Positions 27,316 to 36,090 of a stretch of DNA of 64,000 nt are shown here, piece by piece. The notes beneath the pieces were generated by a model, which had not been told where the DNA came from, did no database searches, and worked only from the letters and a program-made list of their open reading frames with translations. Within the stretch, counting starts at the first letter, position 1, and every line of letters begins with the position of its first letter. Both the position numbers and the translations under genes were made by a program. Origin of the DNA: an uncultured Chloroflexia bacterium (GTDB lineage: Bacteria; Chloroflexota; Limnocylindria; QHBO01); contig CAVOGE010000007.1 of NCBI GenBank assembly GCA_963695195.1, positions 767,756-831,755 of the forward strand, given 5' to 3'.

Positions 27316-28322
27316 CGGTCGAGCTGCCGTACGCGCCGCCGATCCAGGGGCTGCGCTTCCGGCGCCTTGAGCGGCCCGCCGACGACGCCGCCTTGGCCGA
27401 TCTGGACAATGCGGGCTTCCGGGCCGACGGCATCGAATTCCGCCTCTCGGCGGCGCAGGTGGGCACCTGGCTCGATCACCCCTCTCGGATGGACCTGACC
27501 GAAGACCTGCTGCTCGCAGAAATCGATGGCACGCTCGTGGCGCATGCCGAGGCCGGCTGGGAGCTCGACAACGACGGGGGCCGCAATTACAACGTCTGGG
27601 GTCAGGTGCATCCGACCTGGCGCCGGCGTGGCCTCGGTAGGACGCTCCTTCGATGGAACGAGGAGCGCCAGCGCCAGGTAGGCGCGGGCCACCCCACAGG
27701 CGGCGAGCGCCGGCTACAGAGCTGGGCCGACGAAGGGGAGGTCGGCCGGCTCGCTCTGCTGGAGGCCAGCGGGTACCAGGTCGCCCGCTACGCGTTCGAA
27801 ATGACCCGGGCCACGCTGGAGGGTATCCCCGATTTCGCGCTGCCCAACGGAGTCGAGGTCCGCCCGGCGAGCGGGGCCGACATGCGCGCCATCTGGGAAC
27901 TCGAGGTCGAGGCCTTCAGCGACCATTGGGGCGCAATCGACGGCACTGAGGAGTCATTCGCACGGTTTGTCGCCGACCCGACCCACGACCGGTCGCTGTG
28001 GGTCATCGCGTGGCACCGCGACGAGATTGTTGGCCAAGTGCTCAACCGCATTAACGCAGAGGCCAATGCGGAGCTCGGAATGCTGCGCGGGCGGGTCAAC
28101 TCGGTCGGCGTGCGGAAGGCGTGGCGGCGGCAGGGGGTGGGACAGGCGCTGGTGCTGGCCAGCCTGAGGGTCTTGCGCCAAGCTGGCATGACCAGCGCGT
28201 CGCTCGGCGTCGATGCCGAGAACCCGCACGGCGCCCTGGGGATCTACGAGCGGGCCGGCTTCCAAGTCGTGCGCCGAGAACGGGTCTACCGCAAGGCGCT
28301 CGAGCAGTCGCAGCCGGGCTAG
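27312..28322 (+). CDS. Tandem double-GNAT N-acetyltransferase, copy 3
   Basis: Paralog with an ATGA overlap. RRRGLGRTLL and RRQGVGQALV motifs. Start at internal Met of six-frame ORF 27120..28322. Confidence 0.75.
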   Translation: MTVELPYAPPIQGLRFRRLERPADDAALADLDNAGFRADGIEFRLSAAQVGTWLDHPSRMDLTEDLLLAEIDGTLVAHAEAGWELDNDGGRNYNVWGQVHPTWRRRGLGRTLLRWNEERQRQVGAGHPTGGERRLQSWADEGEVGRLALLEASGYQVARYAFEMTRATLEGIPDFALPNGVEVRPASGADMRAIWELEVEAFSDHWGAIDGTEESFARFVADPTHDRSLWVIAWHRDEIVGQVLNRINAEANAELGMLRGRVNSVGVRKAWRRQGVGQALVLASLRVLRQAGMTSASLGVDAENPHGALGIYERAGFQVVRRERVYRKALEQSQPG

Positions 28323-29470
28323 CGGGACTCGACCAGTCCCGCCGCGAGGGCGCGCTCGCGCGACGTGCGATAGAACTCGACGATCTGCTCGGTCACCCGG
28401 TCCCACGAGTATTCCGGAGCCTTCTCACGGCCAGCCTCGCCCATCCGGTGACGGCGATCCGCATCATTGGCAAGTCCGTACAGCGCGGCCGCGAGTGCCC
28501 GGTGGTTGCGCGGCTCGACCAGGAGGCCCTGCACGCCCCGCTGCACCACGTTCTTGTAGCCGTGGATGTCCGACGCCACGATCGGGACTCCTGCAGCCAT
28601 CGCCTCCAGCAGCACGATGCCAAAGCTCTCCTGCCCGGTCGCCGGCGCGCAGAAGATGTCGGCACTCGCGAAGTAGCGTGCCTTGGCCTCGTCGGGGACG
28701 CGGCCCAGGAACTCGACGTCACGGATCTGGCGCAGCCCGACATAGCGGCGATACTCGCGCGCCTTCGGCCCGTTGCCGATGATCAGCAACCGGGCATCGA
28801 CGTGGCGCTTGCGGAGCCGGTGGTAGGCCTTGAGCAGGTGAATCAGGCCCTTCCGCTCCTCGAAGCGCCCGACGAACAGGATGTTGACGGTGCCGTCGCG
28901 CAGCTCTTCGAATGGTTGGGCATGGGCGAATCGGTCCAGGTCGACGCCGTTGGGGATGATCTGGTAGTCGCCGGGGAAGTAGCGGCTGGAGAAGTGCCGC
29001 GCCGCGCCGCTCACCGCGATGCGGCCGTGGAGCTTGGCGGCAAGGTGGCCGGCAAAGCGTTTCCCGACCCAGTACGACGGGGAGAAGCCACCGAACGCGT
29101 GGAAGGTGGCGACGTTCACCGTGTTCGACTGGTCGAGAACGGTCGGTGACAGGAAGGGAACGAACGGCTCGTGGAAGTGGAGCACGTCGAACCGATGCTC
29201 GGCGAGCAGGTCCCGCGCACGCTCCTTGAAGCGCCAGCTCAGGGTGACGCGGCCCATGCTGCCGTTGGCGGGGAATGCGTAGCCGGTCCCCAGCCGAATG
29301 ACATGCCCTTCGTCGGCCCGCTGCTTGCCGTACTTGCTGGTGATGATCCACACGTCGTGTCCCATCCGCAGCATGGCGTCGTAGGTGTGGCGAACGTGCT
29401 CGTTCACCCCTCCGGGGTGTGGGTAACCGTACGGGCTGACGATCCCGATCTTCAGCGGCGTCACCGCCAT
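28319..29470 (-). CDS. pimA: GT4 glycosyltransferase, PimA-like phosphatidylinositol mannosyltransferase
   Basis: IGIVSPYGYPHPGGVNEHV and GQESFGIVLLEAMAAGVPIVASD are close matches to mycobacterial PimA blocks. Last gene of the pgsA operon. Confidence 0.8.
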   Translation of the reverse strand: MAVTPLKIGIVSPYGYPHPGGVNEHVRHTYDAMLRMGHDVWIITSKYGKQRADEGHVIRLGTGYAFPANGSMGRVTLSWRFKERARDLLAEHRFDVLHFHEPFVPFLSPTVLDQSNTVNVATFHAFGGFSPSYWVGKRFAGHLAAKLHGRIAVSGAARHFSSRYFPGDYQIIPNGVDLDRFAHAQPFEELRDGTVNILFVGRFEERKGLIHLLKAYHRLRKRHVDARLLIIGNGPKAREYRRYVGLRQIRDVEFLGRVPDEAKARYFASADIFCAPATGQESFGIVLLEAMAAGVPIVASDIHGYKNVVQRGVQGLLVEPRNHRALAAALYGLANDADRRHRMGEAGREKAPEYSWDRVTEQIVEFYRTSRERALAAGLVESR

Positions 29471-30225
29471 TCCCCCGAGGGGCGCAGCGAGTGGCCGACG
29501 TGACGCGCCTTCGCGATCAGCTGGCGGCCGTAGACCGTCACGTTGTGCCAGTGCGTCCAGTACCTGCCATCCGGCTCGGTCGACTTTCCGGCGATGGCGG
29601 CGCGGTAGTCGTCGGCGGTGACGCCGGGGAACCAGGTCCAGCCGCTGCCGATCCCCTCGAGGACGTGTGCGTCGGAGTTCCCGAGCGGCGCCAGCTCGAG
29701 TAGCTCCTCGTTGGCCCGTCGTCGGCGCCCACGGCGAATCCGGCCGGCGGCGCTCGGATTCATCAACTCGATGGCGTCGAGGTGATGGTCCGGGTCTGGA
29801 TCGTGATGCAGCCTCACTAGGCTGCGGTGGCCGAGACTGGGGGTGAGGGGCGCCATGGGGTGCGCGGCAACGGCGATCCCGCCCTGGGCGTGAATCCGCT
29901 CGATCGTCTCCTCGAGCGGGCGGAGCGCCGGAATGCGTGCGGTCAGGAAGAGCCCCAGGAGGTGGCCGCGGCGCGTGGTGATCTCCTCCCCGACCACCAC
30001 GTCGAAGTGGTAGTCACCGGCATCGACGATCTCTCGGGCCCGCAGCGCCCCGTCGATGCGCTCGTGATCGGTGATCGCCACCAGGTCGAGGGTGGTGTTC
30101 CGCTCGACATGGTCGAGGAGCTCCCCGACGCCCATCGTGCCATCAGAGTAGAGCGTGTGCAGGTGCATGTCCGCGCGCCCGCGTGGATCGCCGCCGCGCG
30201 GCCGGCGCACCGCTCCGAGGTTCAT
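29461..30225 (-). CDS. PHP-domain metal-dependent phosphoesterase
   Basis: MHLHTLYSDG and the later HD, H and DAH metal-ligand motifs are typical of the PHP family. The ATG at 30225 overlaps the upstream stop (ATGA). Alternative start at 30168. Confidence 0.75.
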   Translation of the reverse strand: MNLGAVRRPRGGDPRGRADMHLHTLYSDGTMGVGELLDHVERNTTLDLVAITDHERIDGALRAREIVDAGDYHFDVVVGEEITTRRGHLLGLFLTARIPALRPLEETIERIHAQGGIAVAAHPMAPLTPSLGHRSLVRLHHDPDPDHHLDAIELMNPSAAGRIRRGRRRRANEELLELAPLGNSDAHVLEGIGSGWTWFPGVTADDYRAAIAGKSTEPDGRYWTHWHNVTVYGRQLIAKARHVGHSLRPSGEWR

Positions 30226-31121
30226 TGCGCCTCCCCGTCAGCAAGATCGGGCCAGAGCGGCTGAAAGGTCGCCCACCACTGCTCGGGCATGGGCGCGATC
30301 AGCTCTTCGAAGCGCCGCGCCATGGCGTCGGTGAGGGCGGCGACATCATGCTGTCGATCGCCGGTGAGCGGAGCCTCGACCGGGTAGGCCCGCCCCCGGA
30401 AGCGCTCCTGCCCGACGCGCCAGCAGGCGGCCGCCACGAGTGGCCGACCGGTGAGCAGCGAGAGCGCAGCGGGGCCGGACGGCAGGGTCGTCGGGTGGCC
30501 GAAGAGCGTGGCCGGCAGCCCGTTCCCGGCGAGATCGCGGTCACCGGCGAGTGCCACCATGGTGCCGGCTCGCAGCGCGGCGATCATCGGCCGGCGGGCC
30601 TTCGCGAGTGGGATCAGGGTGACTCCGCGTCCCGTCCCGCGCCGAGCCGTCATGAAGTCGTGGATCTCGCGAGGCTTCAGCACCTCCATCGGTGCGACCG
30701 CATGGATCCCGTTCGACGCCAGAAAGGTCCCGTACGGCTCGAAGTTTCCGAAATGGATGGTGGCCACCACGGCCCCTTCGCGCAGGATCGGTCCCCAGTG
30801 GTCCCAGTCGTCGGCGACCACCATGCGGCCGATCCGCTCGACCGAGTAGTGCGGGATGCGCAGCACCTCGAGGTAGTAGCGGGCGTGGGCCACGAAGGCA
30901 TCGCGCACCAGCCGCCGGAATGCCGGCCCACGGCTCGGCCGGCCGGTCGCCGCGGAGACCCGCGCGAGCTGGTCGGTCACCAGCGCCCGGCGCTCATCGG
31001 CGAGTCGATGCCATACCCGCCCGACCAGATCAGCCAGCGCGTACGCGAGCGGGCGAGGCAACGAGATCGCGACGATATCGGCGGCACGCAGGCCGAGCCG
31101 AAGCAGGGCACCGCGCATCAC
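30222..31121 (-). CDS. Lysophospholipid/lipid A-type acyltransferase (HtrB/PatA-like), copy 1
   Basis: LPLAT superfamily fold. HtrB-like blocks HFGNFE and PSGPAALS. Confidence 0.75.
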   Translation of the reverse strand: MMRGALLRLGLRAADIVAISLPRPLAYALADLVGRVWHRLADERRALVTDQLARVSAATGRPSRGPAFRRLVRDAFVAHARYYLEVLRIPHYSVERIGRMVVADDWDHWGPILREGAVVATIHFGNFEPYGTFLASNGIHAVAPMEVLKPREIHDFMTARRGTGRGVTLIPLAKARRPMIAALRAGTMVALAGDRDLAGNGLPATLFGHPTTLPSGPAALSLLTGRPLVAAACWRVGQERFRGRAYPVEAPLTGDRQHDVAALTDAMARRFEELIAPMPEQWWATFQPLWPDLADGEAQ

Positions 31122-32170
31122 GATGGCCGCTTCGTCCAGTCTTCGCCACGACGCGCCATCTCCAGGGCGTCACGCGCGCTGGCTCGATCGGCGTCGGTCA
31201 CCGGCCAGATCGGTCGGAACATGTACCACTGGCCGGGGTCTGCCGCGATCACCCCGCCCAGCGCGTCCGCCAGGGCCTGGGTGGCGCGATAGATCTCGGC
31301 CGGCTCATCGCTGGTGGCGCGGATCAGTGGCAGGCCGCGTGTGCGAAACGACTCATCGGCCTGGCGGGAGCATGCGACGGGAAGCATCGGCGCCCCCGAC
31401 CGTGCCGAGAGCGCGGCCGGCCCGGAGGGGAAGGTGGTGGCCTCGCCGAGGAATTCGACCGGGACGTCTCCTGCCCGGTATCCGCCGTCGCAGAAGAGGA
31501 CCAGGTTCTCGCCGCTCCGCAGCGCGCGGATCAGGCCGCGCAGCTTGCGCCAGCCGATCAGCGTCAGGCCGTGTCGTGCCCGGATCTTGACGAGGTGGTC
31601 GTAGAGACGGCCATAGGTCGTGTCATCGGCGACAACGTGGAGCCCATAGCCGTGGCGGTGCAGCGCCGGGGCGATGAGGTCCATGCCGCCCACGTGGACG
31701 GTGCACAACAGGACGCCGCGGTCATCGGCGCGGGCCTCGACCAGCAGTTCCAGGTTGTCGATCTGGACCAGCTGCTCGACATCCTCCTCCCGAAGATCGG
31801 CCAGCCGCATCATGTCGACGAGGTACTTGGCGTAGTTGCGGAACGCTCGTCTCGCGGCACGACGAACGGTGCGGTGATCCGCCGGCAGGCCGGCGGCGCG
31901 GGCGAGGTTCTCACCGACCACGACGCGCTTTGCCGCAGACAAGTCGTAGGCGGCGTTCCCCGCGGCCGAGGCGATGCGCAGCACGATCGACCGCGGCAGG
32001 AGGTTGATGAGCCGTTCCGCCACCCGGTAGGCGGCGTAGGTCAGCAACTCGCGCCTGCGCTCCGAGCTGGAGGCGGACGATCCGCGGGACGAGGTCTGCG
32101 GCGGCGAGCCTGCCGGTTGGTCGACCACGGAGGACGAGGCTGTCACGGTCTCGATGGGAACCGGGTTCAA
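31118..32170 (-). CDS. Lysophospholipid/lipid A-type acyltransferase (HtrB/PatA-like), copy 2
   Basis: Paralog of 30222..31121 with HVGGMD and PSGPAALS blocks. 4-nt overlaps with both neighbours. Confidence 0.75.
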   Translation of the reverse strand: MNPVPIETVTASSSVVDQPAGSPPQTSSRGSSASSSERRRELLTYAAYRVAERLINLLPRSIVLRIASAAGNAAYDLSAAKRVVVGENLARAAGLPADHRTVRRAARRAFRNYAKYLVDMMRLADLREEDVEQLVQIDNLELLVEARADDRGVLLCTVHVGGMDLIAPALHRHGYGLHVVADDTTYGRLYDHLVKIRARHGLTLIGWRKLRGLIRALRSGENLVLFCDGGYRAGDVPVEFLGEATTFPSGPAALSARSGAPMLPVACSRQADESFRTRGLPLIRATSDEPAEIYRATQALADALGGVIAADPGQWYMFRPIWPVTDADRASARDALEMARRGEDWTKRPS

Positions 32171-33375
32171 CCGGCGCCGGTCGCGGCCTTCGACCTGCTC
32201 ACCGGCGCCTTGCGCAGGGTGACCTTCGGTGGCGTCTCCGTCCCGTCCAGCGTCTCGTTGTCCTCCCCGCGGATGAAGGCCTCGACACGCTCGCGGGCGA
32301 CGTCGTCATGGATCTGTCGCGGTGGGCTCTTCATGAAGTAGGACGATGGCGCGACCAGCGTCCCAGCCAGCCCGCGATCGAGGCCGAGCCGCAGGCAGCG
32401 AATCGCATCGGTGATCACGCCCGCACTGTTCGGCGAGTCCCAGACCTCGAGCTTGAGCTCCAGGTTGAGCGGAACATCGCCGTACGTGGTCCCCTCCATG
32501 CGGATGTGGCACCACTTGCGGTCCTGAAGCCATGGCACGTAATCCGACGGGCCCACGTGCACGTTGTCCTCGCCGATCTCGTAGTCGAGCATCGAGGTGA
32601 CCGCGTTGGTCTTGCTGATCTTCTTGGACTCCAGCCGCTCCCGCTCCAGCATGTTCAGGAAGTCGGTGTTTCCTCCGAAGTTCAGCTGGTAGGTCCGATC
32701 GATGCGCACGCCACGATCCATGAAGAGACGGGTCAGAACCCGGTGGGTGATCGTCGCGCCGACCTGGCTCTTGATGTCGTCGCCGATGACCGGCAGGCCG
32801 CGCTCGGCGAAGCGCCGTTGCCAGTACGGCTCGCGACCGATGAAGACCGGGATCGCGTTGATGAAGCCGACACCGGCCTGGAGCGCCTGCTCCACGTACC
32901 ACTTGGTCGCCTCCTCGCTGCCAACCGGCAGGTAGGAGACCATCACGTCAACCTTGCGCTCCTTCAGGATGCCGACGACGTCGGCCGTCGGGCCGGGCGC
33001 CTTCTCGATCACCTGCGACAGGTACTTGCCGAGCCCGTCATGGGTCATCCCGCGATCGACGGTCACCCCGGTATGCGGCACGTCGGAGAACTTGATGGTG
33101 TTGTTCTGCCCGGCGAAGATCGCCTCGGACAGGTCCCTGCCGACTTTGGTCTTGTCCACGTCGAACGCGGCGACGAACTCGATATCGCGGATGTGATACC
33201 CGCCCAGGTCCACGTGCATCAGCCCCGGGATGAGGTCGCCCGGCTTGGCGTTCTCGTAGTACTGCCGCCCCTGGACGAGAGACGAGGCGCAGTTCCCGAC
33301 GCCGACGATGGCGACCCGGATCTTGCCGTCTGCGGGTCGATGTCCGTTGGTCGATCCCTTGCCGTTGGTAGCCAC
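32167..33375 (-). CDS. ino1: myo-Inositol-1-phosphate synthase
   Basis: [16 protein letters not shown] is the NAD-binding motif of bacterial and archaeal MIPS. About 400 aa. Confidence 0.9.
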   Translation of the reverse strand: MATNGKGSTNGHRPADGKIRVAIVGVGNCASSLVQGRQYYENAKPGDLIPGLMHVDLGGYHIRDIEFVAAFDVDKTKVGRDLSEAIFAGQNNTIKFSDVPHTGVTVDRGMTHDGLGKYLSQVIEKAPGPTADVVGILKERKVDVMVSYLPVGSEEATKWYVEQALQAGVGFINAIPVFIGREPYWQRRFAERGLPVIGDDIKSQVGATITHRVLTRLFMDRGVRIDRTYQLNFGGNTDFLNMLERERLESKKISKTNAVTSMLDYEIGEDNVHVGPSDYVPWLQDRKWCHIRMEGTTYGDVPLNLELKLEVWDSPNSAGVITDAIRCLRLGLDRGLAGTLVAPSSYFMKSPPRQIHDDVARERVEAFIRGEDNETLDGTETPPKVTLRKAPVSRSKAATGAG

Positions 33376-33381
33376 GCTGTC

Positions 33382-34074
33382 TTACTTCTCCCTTGTCGTG
33401 TCGCCGTCGCCGGCCGCGAGCGTCTGCTCGTCGAACTGGCGCCAGACATGCCAGATGCGTTGAACCGTGGTCGCCGCCGAGAGGACGGCGATGATACCGA
33501 TCGCCACGATGAGACCGATGCCCAGGCCGAGGCCCGCGAGGGCGATGCCCGCGACGATCAGTACCAGCCGCTCGGTTCGTGGGGCGAGGCCCACCGATGC
33601 GGTCAGCCCGATCCCCTCCGCCTTGGCCCGCGTATAGCTGACCATGAAGGATCCCGCGAGGGCGGCCAGCGTCAACAGGACGGGGCCGACCGGGTCGGCC
33701 GTGGCGCGAAGGTAGTATGCGACGATCCCGCCGTAGAGGGTGGCCTCGGCGGCCCGGTCGAGCGTCGAGTCGAGGAAGCTGCCGAAGGCATTCGCGCCCC
33801 CGGTCGCGCGGGCGAGGGCACCGTCGACCGCGTCGAGCAGTGAGCCGACCACCAGGACCGCGGCCCCGGCCAACAGAAATCCCGCCGCAACGAGCACCGC
33901 GGCGACGACGACCAGGAGGAATCCGGTCACCGTCACGGTGTTCGGCGTGATTCCGAGCCGGACCGCCAACCGAACGACCGGGGCCAGCACCGCTCGGCCG
34001 ACCTCCTTGACGCGATCGGAGAGCAGTGAATCGCCTCGCCGGAGGTCTCGGGTCTGCGGATGGCTAGCCGACAT
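33382..34074 (-). CDS. pgsA: CDP-alcohol phosphatidyltransferase, phosphatidylinositol-phosphate synthase-like
   Basis: DAVDGALARATGGANAFGSFLDSTLDRAAE is the D-x2-DG-x2-AR...G-x3-D-x3-D motif. About 230 aa with 6 TMs. Start at Met75 of the six-frame ORF. Confidence 0.85.
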   Translation of the reverse strand: MSASHPQTRDLRRGDSLLSDRVKEVGRAVLAPVVRLAVRLGITPNTVTVTGFLLVVVAAVLVAAGFLLAGAAVLVVGSLLDAVDGALARATGGANAFGSFLDSTLDRAAEATLYGGIVAYYLRATADPVGPVLLTLAALAGSFMVSYTRAKAEGIGLTASVGLAPRTERLVLIVAGIALAGLGLGIGLIVAIGIIAVLSAATTVQRIWHVWRQFDEQTLAAGDGDTTREK

Positions 34075-34426
34075 CGTGCACCTCGGCTGTCGTCGAGCCG
34101 CGTGCGACACCGATGCCGGACGTGCCGCCGACAAGGCGCGCCTCGATCTCGTGGAGCTCCTCGAACGCCGCGGCCTGCAGCCGGCAGATCCTCTCGCGCC
34201 CCTGGCGTCGCGTCTCGACCAGTCCGGCCAGGCGCAGGATGCGCAGGTGCCAGCTGATGAGCGGCTGCGACAGGACAACGCGCGCGGACAGCTCATTGAC
34301 CGGCATCGGCCCGAACTCGGCGAGCAGACTGATCACACGGAGCCGAGTTTCGTCGCCCAGGGCGCGATAGAGCGTGCGCAGGCGGCGCAGGTCGCGCTCG
34401 GCATTGGTCTCAAGGGTGAGCGTCAT
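34064..34426 (-). CDS. ArsR/SmtB-family HTH transcriptional regulator heading the pgsA operon
   Basis: wHTH region ALGDETRLRVISLLAEFGPMPVNELSARVVLSQPLISWHLRILRLAGLV. No metal-site Cys. The 3' end overlaps the pgsA start. The six-frame ORF starts at TTG 34447, but ATG 34426 is more likely. Confidence 0.8.
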   Translation of the reverse strand: MTLTLETNAERDLRRLRTLYRALGDETRLRVISLLAEFGPMPVNELSARVVLSQPLISWHLRILRLAGLVETRRQGRERICRLQAAAFEELHEIEARLVGGTSGIGVARGSTTAEVHDVG

Positions 34427-34441
34427 CTCGTAGTGCTTCTT

Positions 34442-34475
34442 TATCAAATGCAGATTGATATAAGCGGATGCTTAT
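34442..34475. promoter_or_regulatory. Two adjacent palindromes in the AT-rich divergent promoter region (candidate ArsR operators)
   Basis: TATCAA-N7-TTGATA (34442-34460) and ATAAGC-GGAT-GCTTAT (34460-34475). This is the only strongly AT-rich 60 nt in the region. Confidence 0.45.
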
Positions 34476-34493
34476 GATAGGAACAGGACACCG

Positions 34494-35366
34494 GTGCCGT
34501 CAAGGGGGGTGATAGACTGGCCGCCCAGTCGGCCCTTGCGGCGACCGAGGAGGTGCCACCTGACGAGCTCCACGCCTGACGCGCTGTGGGCCTCGCGGTC
34601 GGTCCGGGTGCTCCGCCCGGCGGCGGTTCTGGCCTCGGGGATCACCCGATCCGTGCGTGGCGTGCGCCTGCTCGACGATCTCGAGCTGTCGGTCGGAGTC
34701 GGGGCACGATTGCTCCTCGTCTCTCGGCCCGAGGGATCCGCCTCGCTCCTGCTCCGGATCCTGGCCGGTCTTGCGCACGCCGACCGCGGCAGTGTCCGGC
34801 TGGCCGGCGTGTCGCGTGCCGATGACTCGGCCGGCGGCTGGGCGCGGCGCATCGGGTACGTGGGCGCCGCCGCGGGGATCTACGCCTGGATGACACCGGC
34901 GGAGGTGCTCGAGCTCGCGGGTCGGCTGGCCGGCTACGACCGAGCCGAGCGGCGCCGCAAATCGGATGCGGCGACGGAGCGATACCGCCTGGGGGCGAAC
35001 AGGGACGCCCCGATCCGCCGCGGAGGGCCCGCCCTGGCGCAGCGGACCGCCCTGGCGGCGGCCATGCTGACGGATCCGGAGGTGCTCCTCCTGGACGATC
35101 CGCTGCGGTCAGTGGAGGTGGAGGAGCGGAGCCGGCTGCTGGCCATCCCGGGCAAGCGGCGCACCGTGGTGCTGGCCAGTGCGTTTCCTGCGGCCGAGGC
35201 AGGCCTGGTGAACCAGGTCGCGCTGGTTCGGGACGGGAAGCTGGCGCTGCACGTCCAGGTGCGCGAGCTCGACGCGCGGGGCCTCACCCTCTCGCTGCGC
35301 GGTATCGAAGCGCTGGCCGGCCTCAGCGAACCGCCCGCGGCGCCAGCGAGGGTGGCCGCGCGATGA
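34494..35366 (+). CDS. Degenerate ABC ATPase-like protein (Walker A and signature motifs not conserved)
   Basis: ABC fold is recognisable. The Walker A position reads SRPEGSAS, the signature position reads RRGGPALAQRTA, and Walker B LLLDDP is retained. Start is uncertain: GTG 34494, or CTG 34560 which lies 6 nt after GAGGAGG. Confidence 0.6.
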   Translation: MPSRGVIDWPPSRPLRRPRRCHLTSSTPDALWASRSVRVLRPAAVLASGITRSVRGVRLLDDLELSVGVGARLLLVSRPEGSASLLLRILAGLAHADRGSVRLAGVSRADDSAGGWARRIGYVGAAAGIYAWMTPAEVLELAGRLAGYDRAERRRKSDAATERYRLGANRDAPIRRGGPALAQRTALAAAMLTDPEVLLLDDPLRSVEVEERSRLLAIPGKRRTVVLASAFPAAEAGLVNQVALVRDGKLALHVQVRELDARGLTLSLRGIEALAGLSEPPAAPARVAAR

Positions 35367-36082
35367 GCCGCCTCCTCGCGTTGGTCGGCCTGGCCGTGCA
35401 CGAGCTCTGGATCAGCTATCGGCTCCTCCTCCTGCTCACGCTGCCGCTGCTCGGTGGCCTGGCGGTGGGAGCCATCCCGGCGGAGCTGGCCGGGCTTCGT
35501 GCCGTCGACGGGGCGGCGCGTTGGTATGCGATCTCTCTCTGCGCATCGGTCGGCATCGGGGCAGCCGTCGTGTCCGGAACGCTGGCCGCCGAGCGACGCC
35601 GCGGGACGATCGCCTGGCTGGCGGTGCGTGCCGTGCCGCGGTCGAGCGTCCAGCTGGCCTGGTTCATCGTCATGGGTGGGGTGATGGTGCTGGGCATCAC
35701 GCTCGGCGCCGCGGCCGCATGGTTCACCGCTACCGAGCGGCTGGCTGAGGTATCCGACGCCGCGCCCATGGTGGCGGCGACCACCGCTTCGGCTGCGGCC
35801 GCGCTGATGGTGCTTGCCGCAGCGATGGTCGTCGGAGCGCTGCCACTGGCTCCCGCGCCGGCGAGCGCACTGTCGCTCCTTCTTGGCGTGGGGACGCTCG
35901 CCGCAACGGTCGTGGTGCCGCTGACCGCGCCGCTGCCGACGGGAGGATTCGGACTGCTGGCTGACCTGTCCCGATCGAGTCGTCCGATCGCCGACGCGCT
36001 CCAGTCGACCGGGACGGCGCTGGTCGGCGTCGCCACCCTCCTCGTGCTGGCCGTGCTCACCCTCGATCGCGCCGACCTCTGA
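35363..36082 (+). CDS. ABC-2-like permease (6 TM) coupled to the degenerate ATPase
   Basis: Hydrophobic polytopic protein. 4-nt overlap with the upstream gene. Confidence 0.6.
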   Translation: MSRLLALVGLAVHELWISYRLLLLLTLPLLGGLAVGAIPAELAGLRAVDGAARWYAISLCASVGIGAAVVSGTLAAERRRGTIAWLAVRAVPRSSVQLAWFIVMGGVMVLGITLGAAAAWFTATERLAEVSDAAPMVAATTASAAAALMVLAAAMVVGALPLAPAPASALSLLLGVGTLAATVVVPLTAPLPTGGFGLLADLSRSSRPIADALQSTGTALVGVATLLVLAVLTLDRADL

Positions 36083-36090
36083 CGTCAACA

